From Azolla caroliniana (taxonomy: Eukaryota; Plantae; Polypodiophyta): a DNA stretch of 64,000 nucleotides. The notes beneath the pieces are model-generated. The model did no database searches. It saw only the letters and a list, made by a program, of their open reading frames with translations, and was not told the DNA's origin. The translations under genes and the position numbers were made by a program. Shown here one piece after another: positions 33,030 to 46,190 of this stretch (position 1 is its first letter; each line of letters begins with the position of its first letter). Location: the NCBI GenBank assembly GCA_043228905.1, contig JBHGNT010000006.1:6324001-6388000 (forward strand), written 5' to 3'.

Positions 33030-35783
33030 AGATAAGCCCAGCTGATCTCGTATCTCCTACGGACAGATGACTACCTTAGCAGTAGATGAATCGCCACCTC
33101 CTCCAGTTGTGCCTCCACATGGTTGCATTATGCATTTACATTGATGGTAGCTCCAATTTTATTGTTGCACTACCAAACACCACCACCAATGGGGCACCAG
33201 TCTTGTTCTTTCAGCCCCTCCTACCCCAACTCACCAAAGGCTTCTATCTTCTTTTGCAAGGCTATCTATCTATCTATCTAAACCCACCTCTTCCTCTTTT
33301 TAAGAACCCTTCTCCCCTCTTTCTTAAGAGAGTACAATCTCAAACTAAATTCCAAATCAATCCATCTAGCAAACCACCACCAACAAGCTTTCACCATCCC
33401 CACTTTGTCCATTAGAAATCACTACGGTCGCGAAATCCATGTCTTAGACATCCACTACAAAATGGGAATGGCACTACCTAATCATTGCACAATGCCACCA
33501 TTGCTCCTTCAACTTGAGCCATGTAAATTCTTAAAATAGCCCACCCAATTGGTAACGAGGGATCTTGTAACTAATAATGCATATTCAAGATTAGGATTGT
33601 TTCTGAATGAAATTCAAATTGAAATTGGTAAAGGGACAAGATTCCATTATAGTCATTGTAACATGCAATATCGAGGGCCCTCTCATTGTTGGGTATTTGT
33701 TATAGGCATAACCTTATGGACCAATTCTAGAGCTAATTTTAATGAGTTGTTAATACAGGTTTTGTGTGGACATTGGCAAGATGCTAGTCGACGAGTTGGC
33801 TAATGTGGACTGAAGGAAGAATTTTTATGAGATAAGGATGAGTGAAGATGGTGGTGGGGTCGAAGTTGAATAGCATGAGTGGGTGAGGAAATTTTTATAT
33901 TGAGTTTTGTTGATTATGTAGGATTTTAGTGGACTTTGGCAAGATGCTGCAACATGCTAATGGCCGAGATGGCTGAAGTGGACTGTATGAAACATTTTTC
34001 TTGTTATGAGGATGAGTGAAGATGGTGGTGTCATCGAAGCATACTATAGAGAGTGGGTGAGGAAAACTTTAGATTAATTGTTTGTTTTAATACAGAATGT
34101 TTATGGACAGTGCCAACTTATCAAACAATTATGTGGGTTAAAAAGGCTTCACACGCTTATAACACTGGACAATGGAAGTATGCAAGCCACAATCTTTAAA
34201 CCAGGGGGACATATAGTTTGCATTCAGTATGGAGGCCTTGACAATCTTCTCGAGGCATCAAACAAAGAGAAAAACAGAGGGTATTGGGACCTTGAATGGA
34301 ACATCCCTTGAGGACTCTTGATCACCCGGAATGGGTGAAAGAAGATGGTTATTTACAGCCTGCAACATGTTATGGAGATTGAAGGTTCTTGATTGCATAA
34401 CAAAAGGTTATAGATTGCATTTTACCTCGTTTGGTAGACCTTTGTGGAAGCTTTTTATAGAACAATTTTCAAATTGATTGTTTACTTTACTCTATGTTGG
34501 AGTCAAAACTTTTGTTTTTTCAACCAGCATCTTATAAAGATGTTTTGGGGAAATTTTTGTATGTTGTTATGACTTTTCTAAATACTAATGGAAGTATACT
34601 TTCTTTTGAAAAAAAATAAAATTTAATGGGTTAAAGATAGGACAATAGGAACGCGATTATCTTAAGGCATAACCTTATGGACCAATTCTAGAACTAATTT
34701 TAATGAGTTAAAGATAGGACAATCAGAACATGGTTATCCTAAGGTCTTGGGTAAACCCATATGGACCTAAGACACGTGGAGTAGTCTCGAAGCCTTAAAT
34801 ATGAAGCTATATAAAGGGAACTAGCTACACCCTTCGTTACAATGTCTTGAGACATTTCCAAGTCTCTATTGGTGAAGCGAAGCTCTCTTCTTCAGATCCA
34901 TTATTCAGTATTCAAGGTACAAAATAAGGTATTATTCAGTGGTATGAGACACTGATGGTATTTTATGTTTGCCTCGTGTCATTCAATCAAGGGTTAGTGT
35001 GCTTAAGCACCTAAAATCTCTTATTCTTTTTTTCCCATCGTTAGTGATATGTAATAATATACAACTCACAAACATTAGTCCCATGGATTTCGAGGCAATA
35101 AAAGCATAAGGTATATTGATTGCAAACACAAACAACAAAACAATCAAATGAGGTCATCATCTCAATCACAAAAGTCCAACACAAGCAAGACTAAACAAGC
35201 AATACAAGGAAAAAGAGATCACCATGGTAGAGGTTGAATGCATGTTGGCATGATGCAAGTTCCACATTTGTCATTAATGAGAACAAAAATATTTGTTTCA
35301 TACTCAAAGTAAGCATTTTTGGTTGTTGTCCATGATGTGTCATAGTGTAACCAAGTATTGATTTAGAATGTGCAATAGACTACCTTGGTAGGGTGCTTCA
35401 TCTTTTTAAGTGTAGCGAGAGAGTAGCATAGAGGAGACAGAGTGAGAACTCCTTATTGACCATTCATCGCATTTGCTTGTAATGATGTCTCATCAATATA
35501 GAGTTGCCTCTTGGTATCAAAGACTTGTTAGTATTTCTTATAGCAAGGATTCATGTTTGAATGATCGCCCCATTGTCTCGAGAGCAATGACTTATTTGAT
35601 AGGTTCATAACTTTACCTCTATAATGATGACTCATCAAGGGGTCATCTCTAAGTGTTGAATAATAATAAATGTTGAGAAAAGAGTGACCGAGAGTAGTAG
35701 AGAGAAACCTAGAGCAATGGTGGATGAGAGTTGTGATGTTGGGAATGGGTGTAGAGAGTGGTGTCAAAAAGCCAATATAGAAT

Positions 35784-38700
35784 TGTTAAGAATTAGGTAA
35801 TTAAGTATGGATTAATTAATACCTAATTATGTAATTAAGCTAAGCGAAAGATTATGTGATATGTGTGTGTATGTGTGTGAGAGGAAGAGAGAGAGAAGTA
35901 CACTTATGAGTAACACAAGATGGGGGATGATTAACTCTATATTAAATTAGCATCATCATCATCAAATACAAAAATACCCACAATGAGGTATATATACATC
36001 TCATGTGCAAATGTGTACATGTGTGAGTAGAATATAGGTACTAAGGTGTAAGTCCTATATTAAATGTACTTGGGAGTGGAGGATCTAGAATATCCCACTT
36101 AAGTACAAGGTCTTATTTAAGACATTATAGTCAACACTTCTAACTAGATTCTATCTAGGTAACTACAAAGTTATATGGTTGACTAACTAACTAAACTAAG
36201 TTGAGCTTGATCTCTCAACACACCCCACCCCCTCAAGCTCAAGTGCGAGGCGTCCGACATCTGCTTTGGCTTTCGTCGGCTTCGTGTGCTTCCATCTGGC
36301 CTTCGGCTTTCTTCGTTGTGGCAATCTCGGTTCCTCCCCCTCAAGCTGATGATGAAAGCTTGAAGTGTGTGAGCGAATGTCGACTACTTCCACCCATCAT
36401 GGGTTACAAGCCACTTCTATAGAGCTCTCGAGCTCTTGTTCGGTTGTCGCCTTCATCGCGAAGGCACAATGATGGGCCATGTACTCATTGTAGCCGAGCC
36501 GAGTGACGGGGTTCTTCTCTTTAGAAGAGCGTCGAAGTTTTTCGCTCGCCGATGTGAGCGTCTTCTTTACTCCGGGTGTCCGCATGATGGGTACACCAAA
36601 CTCACAGTCTAATGAGGGAGCCGACACATCCAAATCATTGTCGTCGGGATGACCGACTTCATATTCGGGCATCTTTCCATTGCCTTTGTCCAAGGTCGTA
36701 CTTGGTCGTGACATGCTTGGGTCGCACGGGGGCTCTTGTGGCCCAGTAAGCCTTGTCGTAATCGGACTTTCTTCGAATATGTGTTCAAAGCGATCTCCAT
36801 CTTCTACCTCTTGTTCGGCAGATTCCGGGTCAAGCGGAGTCGGAGTCGAAGTTGTCTCTGGTGCGTACCAAGATGCAAACTTGTCGAAGACTACGTCTCG
36901 ACTTACCCGAACCGCTCGGGTAGAACTTGTAGCACTTGTATGCCTTCTTCTCGGGCGAGTATCCTATGAAGATACATTCCTCCGACTTCGCATCAGGCTT
37001 CTGTCATTGTTTGTTTGGGATGCGTACATTCGCAATGCTTCCGAACACCGTGAGATTCATTGGAGAAGTACTCCTTGCCTCCATCCGATCGTAGGCATCG
37101 AATGTGCCGACCGATTTCTTTTTCGACTTGGCCCTTGAGTTTTTGGAAGTGGGAGAACACTTTGCTCTTCTTCTTCATCAGGAAGATCCACGCGTAGCGC
37201 AAGTAGTCATCGATGAAGGTGACGTAGAATCGGCATCCGCTGATCGTCAATGTTTGAGCTGGTCCCCATACATTCGAGTGTATGATGTCAAGGAGGCCTT
37301 TGGTCGCAGAGCTCTCCTTCGGGAATGGGAGTCGATGTTGTTTGCCGAGTTGGCATGCTTCACATACTCGGTCGACTCGTTTCGACTCGAATGCCGGAAG
37401 TCCGATGACGACTCCCTTTGATTGCATTGCTTGAAGCCGTTGGAGGTTTATGAGGCCGATTCTTTTGTGCCACAACTCGATGCTTGTCTCGATTTTGAGA
37501 CCTTTGGCATACATGGTCGATTTCACCTCGTTCGAATTGAGGATGAACATTCAACCGTCTCTCCGTCCCTTGGCTATGAGTCGGCCATCTTTCTCAATGA
37601 AACAACCTTTGTTGTTGAAGCGGACTTGCATGCCTTGCTCCACGATTTGGCCGACGGAGACCAAATTCTTCATTATTGTGGGCACGTGCAAGACATTCTT
37701 GATGCAAGTTTGTTTGCCTTCTTTCCCGAATGGGACATTGCCGATGTGTCGAATGGGATGTGTGGTGTTGTCTCTTGTCTCTATGTAGTCGGGTCGATCC
37801 GGTGTACGCAAGTCATTGAACCACTCTTTGTGGGATATCATGTGATGTGAGGCGCCAACATCAACGAACCACAAATCTTTCGAGTTGGAGGTGTTTGCGA
37901 AGTCGGAGGCCGACATAGAGTTTCCTCTATGCCTCGTTACAAATAGTCTATCATAGTCCTCATATTCGGAGTTGGTGGCGTAATTCGTGAGTTGTTGACT
38001 TGTCGAAGCCGACTCGTTTCTTCTTTTTCGGCACTCCTCCTCATGGTGGCCGATTTTTCTGCAATAGTTGCAAGTTGTGGGCCTCATTTTCCGACCTTGT
38101 TCGGCATGGAAGCTCCCCCTTCTTCCAAAGGTTCCTCGATGGCTTCCATGAAGGTTTGAGTTCCCTTCGTGTGATGGGCCGAATTGGCCTCTTCTATGGC
38201 TATGACCTCGTCCTCGGCCACCGTTTGAACTTGAGAAGAACATTTGTCCTTTCGACATCTTCGTTTTCGTTCGGACGTGGTTCTCTTCGACCAATAACAT
38301 TGATTGGAGGTCGAAGAATGAATGAGGGTTTTCTCTCGCCAAGATTGTCATCCATAATGGATCAAATCGTTGTACTAAACCACACACTCTGATACCATGT
38401 TAAGAATTAGGTAATTAAGTATGGATTAATTAATACCTAATTATGTGATTAAGCTAAGTGAAATATTATGTGATATGTGTGTGTATGTGTATGTGTGTGA
38501 GAGGAAGAGAGAGAGAAATACACTTATGAGCAACACAATATGGGGGATGATTAACTCTATATTAAATTAGCATCATCGTCATCAAATACAAAAATACCCA
38601 CAATGAGGCATATATACATCTCATGTGCAAAGGTGCACATGTGTGAGTAGAATATAGGTACTAAGGTGTAAGTCCTATATTAAATGTACTTGGGAGTGGA

Positions 38701-38840
38701 GGATCTAGAATATCCCACTTAAGTACAAGGTCTTATTTAAGGCGTTATAGTCGACACTTCTAACTAGATTCTATCTAGGTTACTACGAAGTTACATTGTT
38801 GACTAACTAAGTAAACTAAGTTGAGCTTGATCTCTCAACA
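35784..38840 (-). mobile_element. Internally deleted Copia element lacking RT/RNase H, related to 13168-18598
   Basis: LTRs 35784-36220 and 38398-38840, TSD AGAAT/ACAAT, PBS TGGTATCAGAGT (38397-38386). Retains gag knuckle CNYCRKIGHHEEEC, protease WFVDVGASHH and a partial integrase. Confidence 0.92.
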
Positions 38841-40239
38841 ACAATGTTGAGTAGGAGATGGAAAATTATTGTGAGAAAAACATGAGAGTTAAGGAGGAGA
38901 GTGAAGGAAAAGAAGGGGAAAAAAAGGAAGAGCGAAGCAAAAATGGTCATGGAAAGAGGCCATAGGCCAAAAATGTGATAAGGAAAACAATTTTCAATAC
39001 ATACAATAAATAGACAATACATAAGTTATTGGTCACCTAAATGGACATTGGGCCTACTTGTGGTGTAGTCGATATTTATAATGGTGGGTGTCCATGGGTG
39101 TCCATGATTTTGCTAGTCGTGGTGGAGGGATAACAAATGTATGATGGAGAACATGGTTGAGAAAGTAGTGGTTGTGTTGCCTTGTGTCTTGTGGTATCTA
39201 TATGGAACTTATGTGGAGGGAACGACAATATACAAGGAACTAGATTCATGTACAACATTTATGCTATTGTGAAAGCTATTGCAACACTCCAAGTGGTCAC
39301 TTTTGGTTCGAACTAACTAAAGATTGACACAAGCAATAGGTTTTGGGTGATAGGCAATGTGGAATGAGAGGTGCTAGGGGTCAGTGGGAGAAGGTAGGGA
39401 TGGTATATGTGTAGTGGGAGATACATGTGGAGAGGATGGGAGTAGTGGTTGGATGTGACTTTGAGAAATGGGCTTCCTGTGTCTCTAGACAAGTATAAGA
39501 GATTTAAATGATTTCCAAGGGAAGAAGTAGAATAATTGCACCATGAGGAATCATGCATAACCTTTCTTCGCACCAACCTTGACCAAAAATACATATATCC
39601 AGTGATGTGTTGGGAAGCATGATGCAAACCGCACAATTTTGATCATACGAAAGTTACTTCAACATTGTCAAGGTTGGTGGCTAGTCATTAGTGTGATTTA
39701 GTGACAACAGGTGTAGGCCTTTGTGTAGCTAGGTGACGTAAGATATTATTGTCATTATCATTTCAATGTCAACTAGGGCTTGTAAAGAAGATATAATAGG
39801 CACTTATCTCCACTATCGTATATCATGGAGTTGAATTGGTGTACGGTATTGAATTTGTTGAAATTTGGCTCAGATAGCTCTTAACTTAAAGTCTAAGCAT
39901 GTTGGTTATGTCTTTTTTGTAAAGTTGTTTTGGTATCATGGCCTATCTTAGTGTAAATAAAGCTTCCAAGTTTAAGGGGCAATAATATTGTGTGAACTTG
40001 TTTATGCTAACAAAAGTTGAGAGGATTTTAGTGATTTGAGTTGCCATGTATGGGACTTCACATTTAAGTTTTAGCTTCTTTTAAAAAAGATGTGCGAAAG
40101 GCATAAATGTCATACATAATTGTGAACGTCGTTTTTACAAGTGACTACCAATCTCTTGTATTATTGCTCTGTTGAGTCCCTTCAATGGTTACCGTCTAAG
40201 ATTGAACAAAAATGGGAAGTACGTAGCTCTGATTATGGA

Positions 40240-40700
40240 TGGTGGTAGATCTTAAAGCGTAGTTGGCATTCTAAATTGTCACTTGTAACGAAGGTCTTCA
40301 TTTGGAGAGTATTGACCAAGGGGTTTTCCTTTGGGATTAGCTCTAAACCGATGTGGATTAACAATGAACAATTGTTTCTTTTGCACTGTCCAAGTGGAAG
40401 ACAATACTTGTTGTTTCATATAATGTTTGATTGCTGGTCTGATTTGGATTTACATTTCTCAAATTTGGTGAGTTTTGTCACAGGTTTTTTGAAGCCAAGA
40501 TAATGGATGTTTGCACAATTCACACAAGGCAACCCAAAATTAGAGATGGAGATCGTTTTCCTATTTTTGAGATGTTGGGGATTGTATAATAATTGGGATA
40601 TGCGCAATGCTTTTGTATTGTTGGCGGGCATGGAATAAAAAAACATATCTACGAAAGTTGAGGGGAGTGTTAACATGACAATTTTCTTTATTGGAGAATC
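40240..40700 (+). mobile_element. Degraded LINE 3' fragment (zf-RVT-like region)
   Basis: KVFIWRVL followed by frameshifted CFFC...ED...CFI-like residues typical of the L1 ORF2 C-terminus. Boundaries approximate. Confidence 0.55.
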
Positions 40701-41607
40701 CTTTCCTCGATGGTGTGTTTGGCTTGTCTATTCAACATGTTCCACTACTCGCGCAGTGGTGACCACTGACCATACACCATTGTGGTACCATTTGTAGTGT
40801 TTTTCACACACACACACACACACACACACATTAATATAATTGTGTGTTTTCACCCAAAAGGATGAAGAAGATAGCTTCGAGACGGGATTTGGTTTGGTTA
40901 TTATACGTGTAAAAGTGTGAGCATTGGCCATAAGCATGTGCGCTTGAATCTCCCCCCTTACTTCTTGTAAGTTTTTTTTCCTCAAGATGAATCATGGTGA
41001 GATCTGACACTGGACAGTGTGGCGCACACATGCGCATAAAATAAAATAAACCATTAGAAACTCACAGATAAGCGTGACGTGAATGGGAGCATAACAATTG
41101 ACTACCACGTTCATGGTGTGAGAAACCCATGGGTTGGTTGAAAGCGATACATCACGATTCACGATGTACGAAAGAGGGAGAGAAGGAAGGAAGAAAAGAA
41201 CGGGGTAGCGAGGAACGCAATCGTGCCAAATCAATGTTGTTGGGATACGCGGATTTAATGCGGGGTTGGATTGATTTGTTGGAGGTGAAGTTCCGAGGTG
41301 TAGAAATTGCCGCACATGAGCGATAAGAGCAAATGCGTCCGCTCAAGTGTGAATGTGTCCGGTCGGTTGCGCGGCCGTATGCGGATGAGGAAAAGACTAC
41401 GAGAGAGAGAGAGGGTGGGTGTGTGTGTGTGTGGAGACACGCTGATCTCTTGCAAAGGAAAAAAGAAAACTAGAACAAAACTCAAATGTGACGCAATTAG
41501 AGAGAAGTGGGGGGGGGGGGGGGGGGTTTGATAGAATAGCAGCAAATTTTCTTTTAAAAACAAAACAAAAGTTCCATTAAAAGCATGAGAAAACGTCATG
41601 GAGCTTA

Positions 41608-41626
41608 CGTGGCAGGCTATGATTCG
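41608..41626 (-). promoter_or_regulatory. ERSE-like ER-stress element upstream of calnexin
   Basis: Minus strand CGAAT-N9-CCACG, one mismatch from CCAAT-N9-CCACG, about 270 bp before the ATG. A UPRE-like TGACGTGA lies near 41075. Confidence 0.4.
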
Positions 41627-41890
41627 ACAGAAGTGCGAGGCGGGGAACAGCGATTGGGCGAATGGGAGGCGGACTGCGAAATAAATAAATAAATAATAAA
41701 AAAATAAGAATAAGAATAAAAATAAAAATGGAAATAATTTCCGTCTACTGTGTTATTTCTTCTTCTTCTTCTTCTTCTTGTCCCCCACCTCCTGCTCACC
41801 CGCGCGATCTCTTCTCTCTCTCTCTCTCTCACGAAGCGAACGACTTCTCTGCTTGTTTCCTTCTTGATCCGTGTCTGCACCATCTCAGCC

Positions 41891-44249
41891 ATGGCTCGCC
41901 CAGGATCCTGGCCTCCTCTCCTTCTGCTTCTCCTCGCGCTCAACTCCATCTCTTCCTGTTTCGCAGCCCCCGTAAGAAACCCTGCAGATCACCTCTAGCT
42001 CTTATCTCTTCTTCTTTCCTTTTATCTATCTGTATACTTGTAATTGTGTAGTCTTGTTTTGATTTTCTTTAACTTGCATTCTGACATCTTTATGCTCTCT
42101 TCGCCTTCCTCTTTTGGTGTTACATCGTAGATCTTTTACGAATCGTTCGAAGAAACGTGGGAAGGTCGCTGGCTTCCGTCGAAAAAGGAGGAGTATACAG
42201 GTAGTGTGTTCTTCAGTTAGTCTCTCTGAGCTCTAGATCTGATTGATTCGAGTGTGCGAATCATTCGATTGGATCTGTCTACCCGGGCATTCATCCTCCC
42301 TTTTTAATACGATTTTTCTTTCTCTCTCAGGAGTTTGGAAACACGAGAAGAGCGAAGGCCATGAGGATTATGGGCTGGTGGCCAGTGAGAAGGCGAGAAA
42401 GTATGGGATAGCTACACTGCTCGATGAGCCTGTTGAATTCAAAGAGGAACCCGTCGTGCTGCAGTATGAGTTGAGGCTTCAGAATGGTATTGAATGTGGG
42501 GGCTCCTACTTGAAGTTCCTACAAACTCCACCTGAAGGGTGGAGTGCAGACCAGCTTGATAATGAAGCCCCTTACTCCATCATGTTTGGTCCGGACAAAT
42601 GTGGATCCACCAACAAGGTCCACTTCATTTTCAGGCACAAGCACCCTAAGACAGGTGAAGTGAAAGAGCATCACCTCAAGTTCCCCCCCTCACCCATCAA
42701 TGACAAGTTAACCCACGTGTACACTGCCATCATTCACCCCAACAACACCCTGAGAATTCTTATCGATGGGCAAGAGAAGAAGTCGGTAGATCTATTGTCC
42801 GCCGATTTTGAACCCCCTGTCTTGCCCCCTAAGACCATTCCTGATCCCGAGGATACGAAGCCCGAGGACTGGGATGAGAGGGCTAAGATTCCTGATCCCG
42901 AAGCTTCCAAGCCTGAGGATTGGGATGAAGAAGCTCCATTCGAAATTGAAGACCTTGAAGCCACCAAGCCTGAGGGATGGCTGGATGACGAGCCTGAAGA
43001 GGTGGATGATGAAGAGGCTGTAAAGCCGGAAGATTGGGATGATGATGAGGATGGTGAATGGGAGGCTCCGAAGGTTGTCAACCCAAGATGTGTGGATGGT
43101 CCTGGATGTGGAGAATGGAAGAGACCAACGAAGAAGAACCCTGCTTACAAGGGCAAATGGTTTGCTCCAATGATCGACAATCCTGCCTATAAAGGTATCT
43201 GGAAGGCCCAGGAGATCCCTAATCCTGAGTATTTCCACCTTGACAAGCCAAATCTTGAGGCTATTGCTGGTATCGCCATTGAGATCTGGACAATGCAGGA
43301 TGGTTTGCTCTTTGACAATGTTCTTGTAACACATGATGAAGGATTGGCTAAAGAGTATAGGGAAGCACAATGGAAAGTCAAATATGATGCTGAGAAGGTG
43401 CAGCAGAAGAGTGAGGAGGCTGAAGAAGCCTCAAAATCAGGCTTGCTTGTTCAAGTGCAGGTAATGCACTTGTGAGGAGATCATGGTTTTATATGTCAGA
43501 ATGATTGGGCTGTCGTTTTTGAGTCCTCATCATGCAAGCTTTATATTGGATGTCAATTGTTTATTAAACTTTTGTTTTCCCATGGCATTTGAATTTCCAG
43601 GAGGTTGTCTTCAAGTTCCTGTACAAGATTGCAGAGATCCCGCAACTAGAACCATATCGCATTAAAATTGTGGTATGTTGCACCTTGTCATGATTTTGCA
43701 TCCATGCATTGTATGTATATAGTTACTATATGTATTTGAACATCACTAGAGTATGTAGGATTATGAGTGATAAGGTGATACATGAATTGGATAGATGATT
43801 CATGAACTACGTATGTAATACATATTATGCACACTTTTTGTAGGAGTCTATTGAAAAAGCTGAAGAAAACCCCATTGTGACATTGAGCGTACTCGGAGGT
43901 GCTGCTTTCTTGCTGGTGATTGTTGTGTTGAGGGTTCTGTTAGGTGGAGGGAAGAAAAAGAAAGCATCCAAAAAGGTAAAACCTTGTTTGGTTGCAGTTT
44001 TTGACTTATACCACCAGGAGTGTGGTTTAGAACATACAAATATAAAATTCATGTGTCTCTCATATTATGCAGGCATCTTCTGGGAAGGCCAAGAAGGAGG
44101 ATGTTACTCCAGCTGATGATGATGCGGTAAACGGTGAGAAATCAGAGAAACAGAAAGGGAAGGAGAAGGAAGAAGTGGATTCTGCAGGTGTTGAAGGAGA
44201 CGCTGCAGTTCCTCGCCAACGCAAAAGTAAGGGTCGAAGAGAGGCATAA
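41891..44249 (+). CDS. CNX: Calnexin (6 exons)
   Basis: Exons 41891-41971, 42131-42200, 42331-43460, 43601-43672, 43844-43975 and 44073-44249, all GT-AG and in frame. Signal peptide, ECGGSYLK, IMFGPDKCG, P-domain repeats IPDPE..KPEDWD, TM helix and charged tail. Confidence 0.97.
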
Positions 44250-44887
44250 AGACCTCAAACAAGAGTAGCAAATATGCATTAGAATCATCAGAGGAGATTA
44301 AGGAAGATAAAATCCAGGAGCGTGAAGTTGTACACGTAAAACAGACTTTAGTGTAGGTTGGGAGATTTCTGGATATATATACTTTGGGATCTGTTTAGAG
44401 AGGGTCTTAATTTTCCTCTTTCGAGACAAAGCCTTCTCTGTTTAACACTTTCTTGTTTCTTCAAAATATTTTTGATTTCATTATTCAGATAAAGTCTTCA
44501 TGAATATCTCTCTCCTTAAATGCTGTGGTATTTATGTTTTGCTTTCATTAATGATTTTTTTATCCGCTGTTTTTTTAGTTGCAAATTTCAGTGATAAGAT
44601 TTTTGTCCTTGCTGGTTGGTGTAAAGGTTCAAGAATAAGATTGTGGATCCAATCTCTTCTTCTGTACAAATAAATATGAGGTTTTAGAGAAGTTCAAACC
44701 CTTCCTCCACATTGTTGTGACCGTCAAAACTAACCTTCAGGCTAGCATTTGTGTCTTCCAGTTAATTTCATATCCTATTAGTCAACTGATGCTCATGGAC
44801 AAGTTAAAAGTAATAGTATTTGCAGCATCCTCTATCATAAGCACTGGATCCTCAAGATACCTCAAGGTTCATGAATATGGAAATTCA

Positions 44888-45222
44888 GTTGAAAGAAGGA
44901 AAAAACGACATGGATGAGTAGTTGGGTAAAAGTCATCACATGCCCCAGCAGGGCCGGTATAAAGAGGTATTATAAGCTACATTTGTCTTTTCAGAGATGT
45001 GGAAAGATGGAAAAAATGACATGGATGAATAGTTGGGTAATGTCATCACATCCACCAGCAGGGGTGGTATAAAGAGATCTTATAAGCTACATTTGCCTTT
45101 TTAAAGATGTTGAAAGATGAAAAAAACGACATGGATGAGTAATTGGTTAATGTAATCACATGCACCAACAGGGTTGGTGTAAAGAGGTCTTATAAGCTAC
45201 ATTTGCCTTTTTGGAGATGTTA
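44888..45222 (+). repeat. Three tandem units of about 110 bp
   Basis: GAAAGA..GAAAAAA.GACATGGATGA...TATAAGCTACATTTG...AGATGT repeated three times. Confidence 0.85.
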
Positions 45223-45244
45223 AGGTACTTTAGGGCTGGCAAAC

Positions 45245-45680
45245 GCTGAGGGTGAAGTCACATGGGTTAAACAAGTGCAATATTACTGATGTGATAAATC
45301 ATTGCAAGGGAGCAACGTTCTGGCCATTTTTTAGATAATTTTGCTTAAGAGCCCGAAAGAGCCAAAAATAAAAGCCGCCTCCCCTTAATATGGTTTGCAT
45401 GACCATTGACACCCCTTGCTTGAGAGCTTGTGGTTAGAAGCCTATTTAGCCACACACTTTAGGACTGTAGGTGCTGAGGGTGAAGTTGTGTGGGTTAAAC
45501 AAGTGCAACATTACTGATGTCATATCAGTCATGGCAAGGTTGCAATGATCTTCCCATTTTCTTGACCATTTTGCTTAAGAACCCGATAGAGTGAACGATA
45601 TAAGCCTCCTCCCCTTAATATGGTATGCATGACACTTCTTGCTTGTTAACTTGTGGTTGGGAGCCTACTTAACCACACAC
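45245..45680 (+). repeat. Diverged tandem duplication of about 225 bp
   Basis: GCTGAGGGTGAAGT...GGGTTAAACAAGTGCAA...CCTCCCCTTAATATGGT at about 45245 and 45473. Confidence 0.8.
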
Positions 45681-46190
45681 TCCATGTCTGCCTCCAAAGC
45701 GAGCCTATCCCATTTCACATCTGTTTCTTTAGCTCCTTGCAGTTGGTCTATGCACCCATTGTGATTCACCCTGACCCAAATTTTATGAGGAAGGACAGAA
45801 TGCTACACAATCAGGCTTAAAAATGGCAACCAATCAGTAGAAAAACTTGCAATAATTGCATGCACTTTGTTTTATTATATATACTTACGTGTCTACGGGT
45901 GACCTCCAAGTTGGCATACTTAAATCCACAAAGAACTCAAAACAAAAGCACCTAAAATAACTGAATAATCTTCATTAAAGCTGCCCTTCAATTTCATATA
46001 ATTGATCCCATTAAAGCATTCTGCGACAATTTTATCATAAGCCAATATCATATCATATTGTACACATTTATACCAAGGTGAGCTCAGTTCTCAGTAGGTT
46101 TCAGTGCAAAAGAGAAACTCTAATTCACAATAATTTGTTAAATCTGCAAAACAAACCTCAAGAATTCATTGAAAGAGCAAAAATATTCTT

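Noticed and set aside
42734-43381. Antisense ORFs over calnexin exon 3
   Set aside because: Shadow frames of a repetitive coding exon.
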